This document shows positions 20,004 through 30,124 of a stretch of DNA of 64,000 nucleotides, one piece after another (position 1 is the first letter of the stretch; every line of letters begins with the position of its first letter). Source of the DNA: Anaerolineales bacterium (lineage in GTDB: Bacteria; Chloroflexota; Anaerolineae; Anaerolineales; UBA11858); assembly GCA_034520505.1 (NCBI GenBank), contig JAXHNK010000004.1, positions 10,203 to 74,202 on the forward strand, written 5' to 3'. The notes under the pieces were generated by a model. It saw only the letters and a list, made by a program, of their open reading frames with translations. It made no database searches and was not told the origin of the DNA. The position numbers and the translations under genes were made by a program.

Positions 20004-20019
20004 ATTGCGTATAGCCAGT
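20004..20019 (+). repeat. Dispersed 16-bp pseudo-palindromic motif, copy 1 (ATTGCGTATAGCCAGT)
   Basis: Exact 11-bp core ATTGCGTATAG shared with the copies at 28727, 40969 and 63978(-); intergenic, directly before the recJ copy 2 ATG. Confidence 0.75.
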
Positions 20020-20032
20020 ATAACCTTTTTCG

Positions 20033-20872
20033 TTAATACCGGATTTCTCCAATTTGACCTAAATCTATACTATCTAAGTCAGTTTCCGGATCCTCGTCAA
20101 ATAAACCTTGATACTGGTCCAGGTCTCCTGATTGACTCCCTCGATCGCAATGTGAGCGGTAGATACAAAAACGACAGCGGTCGAGTTGTTCTGTTTTATC
20201 CCATCCAAAGTCCCCGCGGATTGCCGATTGAATAGATTCCAGGATAGCTGTTAATTTATCAGCATGCTTAGCATGTAGTTCTTCAGAGTAAGGGAACAGG
20301 GCAGGCCTTTGCGGATTTTCAGGAAACCAATAGGTCAGGGTGATTTTCTCGGGGGAGGGGGGCAGGACGGGGAAAAGATCTTTCCCGGCTTCAGCCAGGA
20401 CGAAGGGATAGAGGATCGATTGAACCCTTTGGGCTAACCAGTTTTCATCTGGCGGTTTCTGAGAAGTTTTCCAATCAACGATGTGAATGGTTTCATCTGA
20501 TAAAGAATAAACCAGATCAAATTTTGCGACTAAGCGGATGTGATTTAATGTGGTAAACAGAGAAATTTCTGATTGGGCATGAAATTTTTCACCCGGTGAA
20601 AAGAATTTCAGGTAGTTTTCAAACCAGCGCTGCAGGCGGGGATCCCTCAGGGTACTTAACAGGCTGGATGCATCAAGACCGTTGTGATGCTGATGGACAA
20701 GGTGGTGAAATCTGGTGCCAAGTTCAGAGAGATATTCGTATTTGTCGATGGGCGTGGAGATCGCCGCTGGCCAGGATAAACGATCCAGGAATCTCAATTT
20801 AAACCGCCTGCGGCAGTCAATGAAATCCTGCAGACTTCTTTGACTGAGGACTAGTTCTTCGGAAAATGGCAT
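20033..20872 (-). CDS. PD-(D/E)XK nuclease (AddB/AdnAB/Cas4-like) with putative 4Fe-4S cysteines
   Basis: SQRSLQDFIDCRRRF, GTRFH, KFDLV..IVDWKT, QSILY and CRFCIYRSHC motifs. Confidence 0.9.
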   Translation of the reverse strand: MPFSEELVLSQRSLQDFIDCRRRFKLRFLDRLSWPAAISTPIDKYEYLSELGTRFHHLVHQHHNGLDASSLLSTLRDPRLQRWFENYLKFFSPGEKFHAQSEISLFTTLNHIRLVAKFDLVYSLSDETIHIVDWKTSQKPPDENWLAQRVQSILYPFVLAEAGKDLFPVLPPSPEKITLTYWFPENPQRPALFPYSEELHAKHADKLTAILESIQSAIRGDFGWDKTEQLDRCRFCIYRSHCDRGSQSGDLDQYQGLFDEDPETDLDSIDLGQIGEIRY

Positions 20873-20892
20873 ATTTGCATCCCTAATTAAAA

Positions 20893-23124
20893 TTAATTTC
20901 TTTCAGACTTCCAGTATTCCTGAAGAGCAACTAAAGGCAGGGCTGGATGGGATTGGCCCCTCCGGCCGGTGTTCCAGGTTATAACAAGTTCTTCCCGGGC
21001 CCGGGTAACAGCTACGTAGAGCAGCCGAAGCCTTTCTCGAATGTATTCCGTCCTGGCCTGGCTGCTGGCGGCCCCCTCTTCCTGTGCAGCTGAGTCGGAT
21101 GATGAAATCAACCTTTTCAACTGAGCGGTTCCTTCAGCTGGGATATTTAATTGATCGCGGATAAACCATTTTTCGAAGATAAACGAATCGTAAGGCTCGC
21201 CTGATGGAAAATTATAGTTGTTGACCGCCATTACGTAAACCCGATCCCATTCCAATCCTTTTGATTTATGAATGGTGGTGACAACGATTTGACCTTTGTG
21301 TTTATCGGGGTCAAAACCAGTATCGCTGGTAAAACTAAAAAAACGACGTTCGTTACGTGCCACCACCCGCAGCTCGTCGGTTAATGCTGGCAGTTCCCAT
21401 TCAGGATGATTATCTGCCAACTGTCCTAGATAATGGGCCAACTTGTGAGCAATGGCTAGTTCAACTGTGGAATCAAAAAGGTCATTTGAAAGGGTAAGAA
21501 CGAGTTGATCAATGGGCAGCAGCACGGCTTCCTGCCATCGTCTGATCAGCTGGCGAAATTTCTTCATACTGTTCAGGTCTGCTCCCGAGATGTCAGGTAG
21601 ATTTTCCAGCCAATCTTCACCCGGGTCCGGGTAAATGAAGGATTCAGGATGTTTGCATTTCGAGATCAACCGGGATGTGCGCTGAACGGATTCCCAGACT
21701 TCAGGTTTTTCCCGATCGGCTCTGCGCCAGACCCGATAAATTTTGGCCAGTTGGTTGGCGCGGGCCGGGTTCTCCAGATAGGAAAGGATATTGCCCAAGG
21801 CTCCTGCAGTTTGCCTGGTTGACAATGTCGAGTTAAGCTGCTCAATGGGTTCCAGTTTGTGTGCCCTTCGGAGGTGAGAAGCCACTTCCTTTCCTCTGGT
21901 GTTGCGCGGAACAAGAATTGCTGCGGTTTTTTCAGGATGTTCTTTGATCCAGGAAGCTGCAGACTTACAAACCGATTGAATTTCCGCGCGGGGAGAGAAA
22001 TCGTTTTCTGCTAGATGAATTTTCTCGGGCTTATCTGGGGGGTTTGGTTGACTATCACCCGGCGGTGTGGGAAGGATGGTATTGGCAGCCAGGGCGCCTT
22101 TTATAGCACTCGAGGGATGGTTTTTGTTGACCCAGACAACCAGATAATTGGCCAGGTTTATGATGCTTTGGGTGCTCCGCCCAGAATTGGGCAGAGAATG
22201 GGAATGTTCAGCGCTCTGGATGAAGTCCAGCAGCAGCTGTGGATTTGCTGTGGTAAATGTTTCGTAGATAGCTTGATTGGGATCACCAACCCTAACCCAG
22301 TTTTGATTCCCGGGTTCGCCAGCTAATAGGGACAGGATCTTTTCCTGCATAACGCTGCTGTCTTGGGCTTCATCTTCCAGGATAAAGGGCCATTGATTTC
22401 TCAAACGTGCAAGATAAGCAGAATCCTGGCGGAGGGCTTGATAAGCAAGCCGAATCAAATCGTCAAAATCAACAGCTCCCCGATAAGCAAGACTGGATTG
22501 ATATTCTTCATACAAAGATAATCCAAGATCAACAAGTCTGGGACCGGGCTTTTTCTCCATTAGCGTCCGAATTTGGTCGGGGGTCAGCGCCAGATCTTTT
22601 GCCGACCTAATAAACTGCACAGAAAATTGATAAAGGAGTTCAGGCAGTTGATCAGATATAATCCTGTCTCTTTTCTTTTCATCCAGATCGTCAAGCAAAT
22701 AACCGTCCAGACAGTGGGGCTGTTGGTGTAAATATTTTTCCACCGCCTTTCTGCGGATTCGCTCAGCTTCTCTTTCATCCAGGATGTTAAACTGGGTGTC
22801 GAGGCCGACAAGTTCAGGGCGCTCCCTTAATATATCGTGTGCCAGGCCGTGCAGGGTGCGGACCCGGTAACCAAGGGAAGGGATCAAGTTCCTGTCGCTT
22901 AGGAAGGCGCCTATCCTTTGAGCAAAGTTGTTCACAGCGGAGTTTACCAGCGTGACGACTAATATCTCTTGGTCTTCTTTCAGGTTGTTTTGGTCAATGA
23001 GTTCTGCAGCCAACCGTGAGAGAGTCCAGGTTTTACCGCTCCCAGGAACTGCTGCCACCCCCATAGTTCCCTGGCGGTAAGAGAGGATCTTTTCTTGAGA
23101 CGGCCGTGGCTGGTAAGAACTCAT
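20893..23124 (-). CDS. UvrD/Rep-family SF1A DNA helicase (intact motifs, no fused nuclease)
   Basis: AVPGSGKT, LEDEAQD, VGDPNQAIY, SGRS, TIHKSKGLEWD and LLYVAVTRAREEL motifs. Confidence 0.93.
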   Translation of the reverse strand: MSSYQPRPSQEKILSYRQGTMGVAAVPGSGKTWTLSRLAAELIDQNNLKEDQEILVVTLVNSAVNNFAQRIGAFLSDRNLIPSLGYRVRTLHGLAHDILRERPELVGLDTQFNILDEREAERIRRKAVEKYLHQQPHCLDGYLLDDLDEKKRDRIISDQLPELLYQFSVQFIRSAKDLALTPDQIRTLMEKKPGPRLVDLGLSLYEEYQSSLAYRGAVDFDDLIRLAYQALRQDSAYLARLRNQWPFILEDEAQDSSVMQEKILSLLAGEPGNQNWVRVGDPNQAIYETFTTANPQLLLDFIQSAEHSHSLPNSGRSTQSIINLANYLVVWVNKNHPSSAIKGALAANTILPTPPGDSQPNPPDKPEKIHLAENDFSPRAEIQSVCKSAASWIKEHPEKTAAILVPRNTRGKEVASHLRRAHKLEPIEQLNSTLSTRQTAGALGNILSYLENPARANQLAKIYRVWRRADREKPEVWESVQRTSRLISKCKHPESFIYPDPGEDWLENLPDISGADLNSMKKFRQLIRRWQEAVLLPIDQLVLTLSNDLFDSTVELAIAHKLAHYLGQLADNHPEWELPALTDELRVVARNERRFFSFTSDTGFDPDKHKGQIVVTTIHKSKGLEWDRVYVMAVNNYNFPSGEPYDSFIFEKWFIRDQLNIPAEGTAQLKRLISSSDSAAQEEGAASSQARTEYIRERLRLLYVAVTRAREELVITWNTGRRGQSHPALPLVALQEYWKSERN

Positions 23125-25250
23125 TAGGAATTAAATTCCAAAGATACTGGTTTTTTAAATTGATGGATAAAAACCCTGTTGATAGCCTGGAGGAGCAATC
23201 CTTTCTGGTCATACCCGCGCTGGTCGCTGGCTGTAAACCCGAGGTAAACCTTCTTTTGGCAGCGGTTAATTAAACCACTGACCAGGCGGTTTAGAGTTTC
23301 TTCATGGAGGTCCATCTCCTGATCATCAGTCCAGGATTTACCGTGCGGCCAATCCCGGCTTAATACATGGGGATGCGTCAGAGGTTGGTAAATTCTCTCG
23401 TACCAGCCTCGAGATCCCCCGTCCAGCCAGAACTGATAATCTACCGGGTTGTTATTCATCAGAAAGGTATAGGCTGGAGCCAGAAAAACAGCATCCTCCC
23501 CAGGAGATTTCCACTCTTCGATATATTGCGAGGCAATTACACCCTCTTTCACCATGATTAGATATTCTCTTCCCAATCTGATTTCATCCTGGAGGTCAAT
23601 ACCAGATACTGACTGCCGGAATTTGTGCACAGATTCTACCAACTTAGCAGTCACTGCGCCCGCTTGCGCAGAATCGTGAAAGCCAAACCCGGGTTGAGAA
23701 AGGACTTCTCCAAAAAGTTGGCGGAGAAAGTGATCCAGGGGAAGGGGAGACGAATCAAGGTAGTTCTGGAGCCAATCAAAAAACAACTGGTAGCGGCTCC
23801 CGCCCAGATAAGTGATTCTGGCTTTGAGATCCGATGGCAGCTGATCGAATCCCCGCAAGTGAAACCCGCTCGGTTTGGCATCATAGGCTGCTTTGGCCAG
23901 CAGATGAGCGCGGATAAGACCCAGCTGGGGAAAAAATTGCAAGAAAGAGTGGGCTATTTCATGAGCTGAGGGAGACAGGGAAAAATCAGGATGGGCGAGC
24001 GTAGAAGCTGTTAGCAAGGCCCGGGTGATGGGCTCATCTCTCAGCGACCGTGAAGGTCGGTGAGTTGTCACCGGGATCTCACTTTCTGTCAAAAGCTGCA
24101 TCAGAGAAAAGCGCAAAGATGCACCCAGATACGGGGCGAGTACAGCAATCTCCGAGGGAGGACAGCCGCTGGTGATTAGATCTTTGATGTTTTCTGCTGT
24201 CCAATACAGCATGTCTGGATAAAAGTGGCTGTATCCGATTTGAAAATAATCTTCAACAGGGACAGGGAGTTTATTGTCCGGGGGTGGGGCGGTTGACAAG
24301 ATCGAGTGGGTTAGCGAATTGGATAAAGTTATTAAATTTTCCGGGGTGACAAATGAATCCGAAAAATAAAAGTTTTTACTTTCGTCGGATAGGAACCGTT
24401 TGCCAGAAGTAGGATCAGCGCCCAGAAATTTCCGGTATCCAGCTTCTGAATCATAAATTAACAACGAAGAATCAAAGGCCGGCAGCCAATCCTCCAGCAA
24501 GTCATGAAAAACGGGAGCGTCTTCTTCAAGATTGTCCGCAATTAGATGATCGTATTTAGCGGTCAGATGGGCTTTTGCTTCAGGAGAAGGCCACAGCACC
24601 CTTGTGAAAAGTTCTGTTTGGAGAGAAAAGTCCAGTAAAGCATGCTGATAACAATAATCCCGGAATGCATTAGCACAATACTGGGCATCCTCATAAATTC
24701 TGGTTTGACCCGGATCCCCAACCCAGGCCAGTTTCAAACGCTCTCCAATTTCCTGGTGAGGAAATCCAACGACAGCAGCCTTGTTGAGGTTATCTATTAT
24801 CTGGCTGTAAATGCGATTTCTTTGCATAGTAACTGAGTCAAAGAAAGCCTGGTTTTCCATCAGCGGTTGAACCAAGCGAGCCATGAAATACTGAGTGCTT
24901 TCCAGCGTTAAGAATGTGGGTGGGCCGGAATCTGGATCAAAAATGCCCTGCTCAATTAACTTAGGCCAGAAAAGAGCTATCATCCGTCTGGCAATCCCCC
25001 CGAAAGTGGTGGGCACGGTTGTGGTGCCCGCTGGCGAAGAAGGGGATTCAAGCATCTTCAGGTAAGGGGATGCTAACGTCCTTTGCGGAAGCAGCAGCAA
25101 GATGGTATGAGCAGGAACCCCGGATTCGATTAAAAAAGACAGTCTGCCAATACCCGTTGTTGTTTTTCCTGTCCCTGCCGGACCTTCTAAAAAGATCTTT
25201 GCAGAAAGAGGGGATTCGAGCACCTGAAGTTGATGTGGTTGATAACGCAT
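23124..25250 (-). CDS. UvrD-like protein with degenerate helicase motifs (probable inactive partner subunit)
   Basis: Walker A GPAGTGKTT intact; Walker B reads LIADNLEE; EIAVLAP; motif-VI-like LINRCQKKVYL; stop overlaps the helicase start (TAATG). Confidence 0.75.
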   Translation of the reverse strand: MRYQPHQLQVLESPLSAKIFLEGPAGTGKTTTGIGRLSFLIESGVPAHTILLLLPQRTLASPYLKMLESPSSPAGTTTVPTTFGGIARRMIALFWPKLIEQGIFDPDSGPPTFLTLESTQYFMARLVQPLMENQAFFDSVTMQRNRIYSQIIDNLNKAAVVGFPHQEIGERLKLAWVGDPGQTRIYEDAQYCANAFRDYCYQHALLDFSLQTELFTRVLWPSPEAKAHLTAKYDHLIADNLEEDAPVFHDLLEDWLPAFDSSLLIYDSEAGYRKFLGADPTSGKRFLSDESKNFYFSDSFVTPENLITLSNSLTHSILSTAPPPDNKLPVPVEDYFQIGYSHFYPDMLYWTAENIKDLITSGCPPSEIAVLAPYLGASLRFSLMQLLTESEIPVTTHRPSRSLRDEPITRALLTASTLAHPDFSLSPSAHEIAHSFLQFFPQLGLIRAHLLAKAAYDAKPSGFHLRGFDQLPSDLKARITYLGGSRYQLFFDWLQNYLDSSPLPLDHFLRQLFGEVLSQPGFGFHDSAQAGAVTAKLVESVHKFRQSVSGIDLQDEIRLGREYLIMVKEGVIASQYIEEWKSPGEDAVFLAPAYTFLMNNNPVDYQFWLDGGSRGWYERIYQPLTHPHVLSRDWPHGKSWTDDQEMDLHEETLNRLVSGLINRCQKKVYLGFTASDQRGYDQKGLLLQAINRVFIHQFKKPVSLEFNS

Positions 25251-25294
25251 AAAATTGGCTGTTGATCAGACCCGGGATTGGAATTAAATTGGGG

Positions 25295-28200
25295 TCAGTG
25301 TCTGGATAGCGAAGTTAACAATTGGTTGACTTGATAATTTGATTTTTCTGCCTGCTCAATCAAAAGTTGATAACTTTCAGTGAGGGTGGTGGTAGGTACG
25401 GGATCGGCTGCTGGCAGGCAGGAAAGGGTCAAATATTTCTGAACAGCGTTCTTGATAAGTTTCAGGGCGGCAAGGCTTTGAAATGCCTCCTTCTGGAACC
25501 ACAGGACCCCTTGATATTCGTGGACATTTAAATATTCCCGTTCAGGTCCGCTTGTGAACCACCTGCTTAGATCCAGTTCAGATGAGGGGGGGGCAGTTAA
25601 TTCAGGATCAGCCGGGGCGCAGATGGATTTCAAAGCCAGCGAAATCCGACCGTGAGAAGTATGGTTGAGAAAATTCGCAAGGCGCCTGGAGGTGAGATCG
25701 ATTAGCTTATCCAAACCTTCTGAGTTCAATCGTGGAATCAGGGGAAGAGTTATCGAAAAAAGGAGGAGAACGAGCTCCTCAAACGCAGAGGTTGAGGTTA
25801 CGGGTGGTTGTTTTAATAGCCAGAGGTCATGGATGATTTCAAGCGGGGAAACTGTGGGAGGGGAAAGCTGTTCTGCTTTTATTTCCAGATAGTGCGTGGG
25901 TAATTTCTGAACCCTGGCCTGAAGTTCTTCAGTAATTTTGTCCTGAAGATTGCCAAATTTATTTTGTTTATCTGATTCTTCACTGCTTGTCAGGAGAGAT
26001 GACGAAAAAACAGCATTCAGCAGCTGAGGGGTGATCAAATTTTCCATGAACTCCAGGATTGCTTCAAAATAGGCGATCTCTATTTCAGCTTTGAGGTCCA
26101 GCACACCCCGACCGGAGAGGTTTTTAGCCACCATGTCAAGGGTTTCATCCTCGGCGGACAGCTGTTTAAAGTCAACAAAGGCATGATACTGATATGCCCC
26201 CAGGTGCATAGAGAGCCCGGAAGAGAGGATCTGGTCAGCTGGGCGGATATATTCAAGGCCTGTGATTTGGTCGCGGTAGGTTAGAAAATTCCCCGGGGAA
26301 AGCCCCAGGTTTAATGCCTGGTTTAAGTCCAGGTCCGGATTGTGAGGTGAAGCTGAATATTGGACAGCGCCCTGAGTATCGCCCCATTGATTGTGGAAGA
26401 TAATCAGGGCACATTCTCCTCCAGCATAGTTTGAATAAGCAAATACATCCTCGTTAGTTTTACCATCAGTTTGGGTAAAATCATAAAGGACAAAACTATC
26501 TACCCCTGCGAAGAGATACCTTTTTTTAAGTAAAGGGAAAATTTCCCTTTCGTGCCGGCGGACCAAATCTTTATCAGTTTCTTCGTCGTAATAGGGCTTC
26601 CGGTATTCCATACCGTATTTTTCGGTAAGACCTTCAACCTGTCCGTGACCAAACATCGGTAAGCCAGGCATAGTGGTCATCAACAAGCATACGCCAAAAT
26701 ATTTCCCGCCTTTGCCAAATTGAGCAACGGCGGTTTCTTCATCGGGGTTATTCATGAAATTGACGTATCTTTTCAAGATCTGAGGGTCGAAGGCCAGAGT
26801 CTCTATGATCAACTCCCGGTACTCAGCGTTGAGTTCATCTTTAAGCATGTTCATGAAAGCGCTGTTGTAGACCCGGTGCATCCCCAGGGTGCGGACAAAG
26901 TAACCTTCCATCATCCAGAAGGCTTCCGCTAACAGGAGCGTGTTGGGAGCCTCAGCTGCTATCCGGTCCACAACCTCACGCCAAAATTCACAGGGGAACA
27001 AGCGATCGAATTCTTTTTTGGATAGACCATGCTCCGCGCGGCTGGGAATTGCCCCGCCATCCCCCGGTTCGGGGAACCACAGTCTTTGATAATGTTTTTT
27101 TGTGAGCGTCATGGCGGCATCAAAGCGGATTACCGAGAACTTACGCGCGACTTTTAGGATGTTGTCAATCACCGCTGAGCGGACTTCCTGTTGTAAGAAA
27201 TTAAGCTGCGCGGTGTCGTTCCAGGGCATGGCTGTGCCGTCGTTGCCGTGATAGATATAGCGGGTGTTACCCGTCTTTCTGTCTACCCGCTGAAATACGA
27301 CCGCGGCGTCAGACTTGTCGTAATAATGATCTTCCAGGTAGATTCCCAGGTCAGGGGAAGAAACAAGATCCGGGCCCTGATAGGAATAGGAGGGGAAAGG
27401 TTTTTCAGCGAGGGACAGAAACCAATCAGGATGATCCCGGACCCATCTGGAGTCGATCCCAACGTGGTTGGGAACCATGTCGGCCGCTAAGCGGATCCCG
27501 AAATTATTTGATCGCCTTTCCAGTTCCCGAAAGGCTGACTTGCCGCCCAGGGAGTCTGCGATTTCATAATCAAAAAGCGCATAGGCTGAAGCTTCTGCAT
27601 CTGGGTTTCCACACAGTTGCTTAATCTTTTTGCTGGCAGGGCTCCTTTTCCAGATGCCGATCAGCCAGAGTGACGAGATGCCCCATGAAGACAATTTCTG
27701 CAATTCTTCGTCGGGGATCTGATCTAGGCGGGATATTTCCTGGCGGTAGAATCTGGACAACTGCTCTAACCATACATAAATATTCTTGGCCAGCAGGACG
27801 ACTTCTGGCATCCAGTCTTGATCAGGGCTAAAATCACTCTTCTCAGGAAGAGCATCTTCAGAAAGAGAGGAATAATCGGGCGCCTCGATGGGAGCTGCTT
27901 TCCCGCCGCCGGTTTTATGATCTTCCCGGATGTAGTCCAGGCTTCTGTGGGCACCGAGGAGCATCCCGGGGGTAATAAATTCACTCCAATGATTTAGCAT
28001 GTACGAGAGCTGCCCGGAAATTGAATACGGGTTTTCCAGAAAAGGTTTTTTAAGGAAAGCCAGAAGGCTCTGGTTCCTGTGAAAACCAGGTTGTTTATCA
28101 AAGAAAGAAAGTGCGGCTTGTGAGGTTTGGTGGTAGGAAGCTGACGAGCTAAATGTCTGATCAGAAAACAACAAGGAATAAGGTTTAAAAGCGGGGTTTT

Positions 28201-28660
28201 TATCAGCCAGTATATAGAGCAGGAGACCAAATGTTTCCAGCCGGAAGCGGCTGGGGGTTTTTTGAAGAGAGGATAAGTACTCTTCTGGAGACTGGCGGCT
28301 GGTCAGTAGAGCAGCAGGAGGGAAAAGCTTGACAAAATCAACCAGCGCGGCGTAGGGCAGGGGAGGATCAAGTTTTTCTGAAAGGTAAGAGGAATATTTC
28401 CTGAACAACTGCGGGTTCTGCTCAACAAGATAATAGTCGATCACGCTGTAGATAATTTTTCCCATCAAACCTGCAGCAGTTAGTTCACCCGGTGAGACTG
28501 GAGAACTCTTGCGTGGGTAATGTTCCCGAAGCCAGTTAGTTAGCCTCCGGGCAGTATGCAGGAAGGAGTAGTCGTATTCGGCTTGGTCACCAAGCGCGTC
28601 AGCAGCTTTACGGGAAAGGGGAAAGGTTGAATGCACATTTGAGATCTTGCTGTTATCCAT
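25295..28660 (-). CDS. Large alpha-amylase family (GH13) glycoside hydrolase
   Basis: DMVPNH, IRFDAAM, LLAEAFW and FMNNPDE (GH13 regions I-IV); ATG at 28660 preferred over TTG at 28681. Confidence 0.88.
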   Translation of the reverse strand: MDNSKISNVHSTFPLSRKAADALGDQAEYDYSFLHTARRLTNWLREHYPRKSSPVSPGELTAAGLMGKIIYSVIDYYLVEQNPQLFRKYSSYLSEKLDPPLPYAALVDFVKLFPPAALLTSRQSPEEYLSSLQKTPSRFRLETFGLLLYILADKNPAFKPYSLLFSDQTFSSSASYHQTSQAALSFFDKQPGFHRNQSLLAFLKKPFLENPYSISGQLSYMLNHWSEFITPGMLLGAHRSLDYIREDHKTGGGKAAPIEAPDYSSLSEDALPEKSDFSPDQDWMPEVVLLAKNIYVWLEQLSRFYRQEISRLDQIPDEELQKLSSWGISSLWLIGIWKRSPASKKIKQLCGNPDAEASAYALFDYEIADSLGGKSAFRELERRSNNFGIRLAADMVPNHVGIDSRWVRDHPDWFLSLAEKPFPSYSYQGPDLVSSPDLGIYLEDHYYDKSDAAVVFQRVDRKTGNTRYIYHGNDGTAMPWNDTAQLNFLQQEVRSAVIDNILKVARKFSVIRFDAAMTLTKKHYQRLWFPEPGDGGAIPSRAEHGLSKKEFDRLFPCEFWREVVDRIAAEAPNTLLLAEAFWMMEGYFVRTLGMHRVYNSAFMNMLKDELNAEYRELIIETLAFDPQILKRYVNFMNNPDEETAVAQFGKGGKYFGVCLLMTTMPGLPMFGHGQVEGLTEKYGMEYRKPYYDEETDKDLVRRHEREIFPLLKKRYLFAGVDSFVLYDFTQTDGKTNEDVFAYSNYAGGECALIIFHNQWGDTQGAVQYSASPHNPDLDLNQALNLGLSPGNFLTYRDQITGLEYIRPADQILSSGLSMHLGAYQYHAFVDFKQLSAEDETLDMVAKNLSGRGVLDLKAEIEIAYFEAILEFMENLITPQLLNAVFSSSLLTSSEESDKQNKFGNLQDKITEELQARVQKLPTHYLEIKAEQLSPPTVSPLEIIHDLWLLKQPPVTSTSAFEELVLLLFSITLPLIPRLNSEGLDKLIDLTSRRLANFLNHTSHGRISLALKSICAPADPELTAPPSSELDLSRWFTSGPEREYLNVHEYQGVLWFQKEAFQSLAALKLIKNAVQKYLTLSCLPAADPVPTTTLTESYQLLIEQAEKSNYQVNQLLTSLSRH

Positions 28661-28726
28661 AAGGAATACACTAACCTTCAAAATTAAAGACGGTCTTGGC
28701 CGACAGTCTACCTCTTCGCATCAATA

Positions 28727-28742
28727 ATTGCGTATAGACATT
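28727..28742 (+). repeat. Dispersed 16-bp motif, copy 2 (ATTGCGTATAGACATT), at the GC-skew switch
   Basis: Exact 11-bp core; intergenic between scpA and the GH13 gene. Confidence 0.75.
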
Positions 28743-28773
28743 ATTACTTTATAAATTTTTATTTTTTCTTTCC

Positions 28774-29568
28774 CTAATAATCCAAATCCGCATTCTCAAT
28801 TTCTATCCTGCGGTCTTCTCTTCTTTCATTCAATTCCAAATAAATCTCGCCAAAAATCTCATCCTGCTTACACAGGATATAACTTCCGCGGATAAGCTCT
28901 AAGACCGCCAGGAACGAGATGACAATTTCAACCTTTGAATAAGCTTCATCAAGGACCTGAGTAAACCTTAGACGTTTAGAAAGGCGGAACCGCCGGGAAA
29001 TTTCATTTACTTTTTCCTGCAGAGTAATTTTTGGCCTGGTGACTACTGTATTGATAGATTTCTGATCATTTCTTTGATCCAATGCCTCCTGGGCCATTTT
29101 CCAGAGGTCCTTTACCCCGAAATCACCAAGATCAACCTTGCTTTTCAACTCCAGGGGAGGGGAAAGCCGTAGATAAGATTGATAGCCAGATTCTTTCCGT
29201 TCCGAGAGGATATCAGCAATTTCCTTGTACCTTTTATAAGCCAGGAGCTGCCTGGCTAATTCATCTCCAGGATCCTGCTCACCTTCATCCCGTCGCGGTG
29301 GACGGGGCAGAAGGGCTTCTGATTTTATTTGTAACAATTTGACAGCGATAACCATAAAGGCGGAAACTTCATCCGGTTTCATATCCGGTAAATTTCTGAT
29401 ATGAACCAGATATTGGTCCGTGACCTGGGCCAGAGATAAGGAGGTGATATCCAATTCAGCAGATTCAATCAGCTGGAGGAGCAAATCCAAGGGACCGGAA
29501 TAAACATTGGTTTGCACCCGGTAAGAATCCACCTGGCTCGTAGCAAATTTCATTTTCATAGCCATCAT
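28774..29568 (-). CDS. scpA: Segregation and condensation protein A (SMC kleisin)
   Basis: YSGPLDLLLQLI, LLQIKSEALLP, SFLAVLELIR and QDEIFGEI motifs. Confidence 0.95.
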   Translation of the reverse strand: MMAMKMKFATSQVDSYRVQTNVYSGPLDLLLQLIESAELDITSLSLAQVTDQYLVHIRNLPDMKPDEVSAFMVIAVKLLQIKSEALLPRPPRRDEGEQDPGDELARQLLAYKRYKEIADILSERKESGYQSYLRLSPPLELKSKVDLGDFGVKDLWKMAQEALDQRNDQKSINTVVTRPKITLQEKVNEISRRFRLSKRLRFTQVLDEAYSKVEIVISFLAVLELIRGSYILCKQDEIFGEIYLELNERREDRRIEIENADLDY

Positions 29569-29767
29569 TATACTAGACGATCAGAAAGCTGAGCAGCTGA
29601 GCAGCAGTTCTTTTCTGTCCTCAGCGGTTTTAATAGATTATTGATACTTGGGGATCTGATCTGTGGTTTAATAAACCCTGTAATCTTTTCCAAATCACGA
29701 ATTTTTTAAAAATATGCTGATCAAATAGCTGTAACTGTAATTTTCAAGTAAATGAGGAGACAATGAA

Positions 29768-30124
29768 ATGAATTCTGAACCAATCAATGTGACTGATGAA
29801 GCCTTTGAACAAACCGTGATGAACTCAGAGATACCTGTGATTGTTGATTTCTGGGCTCCCTGGTGCGGTCCCTGCAAAATGGTAGCTCCGGTCCTAGAAA
29901 AAATAGCCGAAGAATACCAGGGGAAAGTCAAAGTAGCTAAAGTAAATACAGACAGCCATAATCAATGGGCAGCGAAATTTGGCGTGCAGGGTATCCCCAC
30001 CATGCTTTTTGTCTCTGACGGAAAAGTCGTACACCAGCAAGTCGGAGCTCTGCCTGAACCTATGCTCAGAAATGTTCTTGAGCAATTTCTGGAAGTCGTC
30101 GAAGAAGAAAAGGATCCTCAATAA
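29768..30124 (+). CDS. trxA: Thioredoxin
   Basis: VDFWAPWCGPCK and GIPT motifs. Confidence 0.97.
   Translation: MNSEPINVTDEAFEQTVMNSEIPVIVDFWAPWCGPCKMVAPVLEKIAEEYQGKVKVAKVNTDSHNQWAAKFGVQGIPTMLFVSDGKVVHQQVGALPEPMLRNVLEQFLEVVEEEKDPQ

Noticed and set aside
20033-20872. Cas4-like nuclease as evidence of a CRISPR-Cas system
   Set aside because: No cas1/cas2 or repeat-spacer array in the window; its context is a helicase operon.
28727-28754. Motif copy 2 read as the full dif site (ATTGCGTATAG-ACATTA-TTACTTTATAA)
   Set aside because: The right arm matches the XerD arm only weakly and is not shared by the other copies; the 44633 site has the better ATAA-N6-TTAT core. Not fully excluded.
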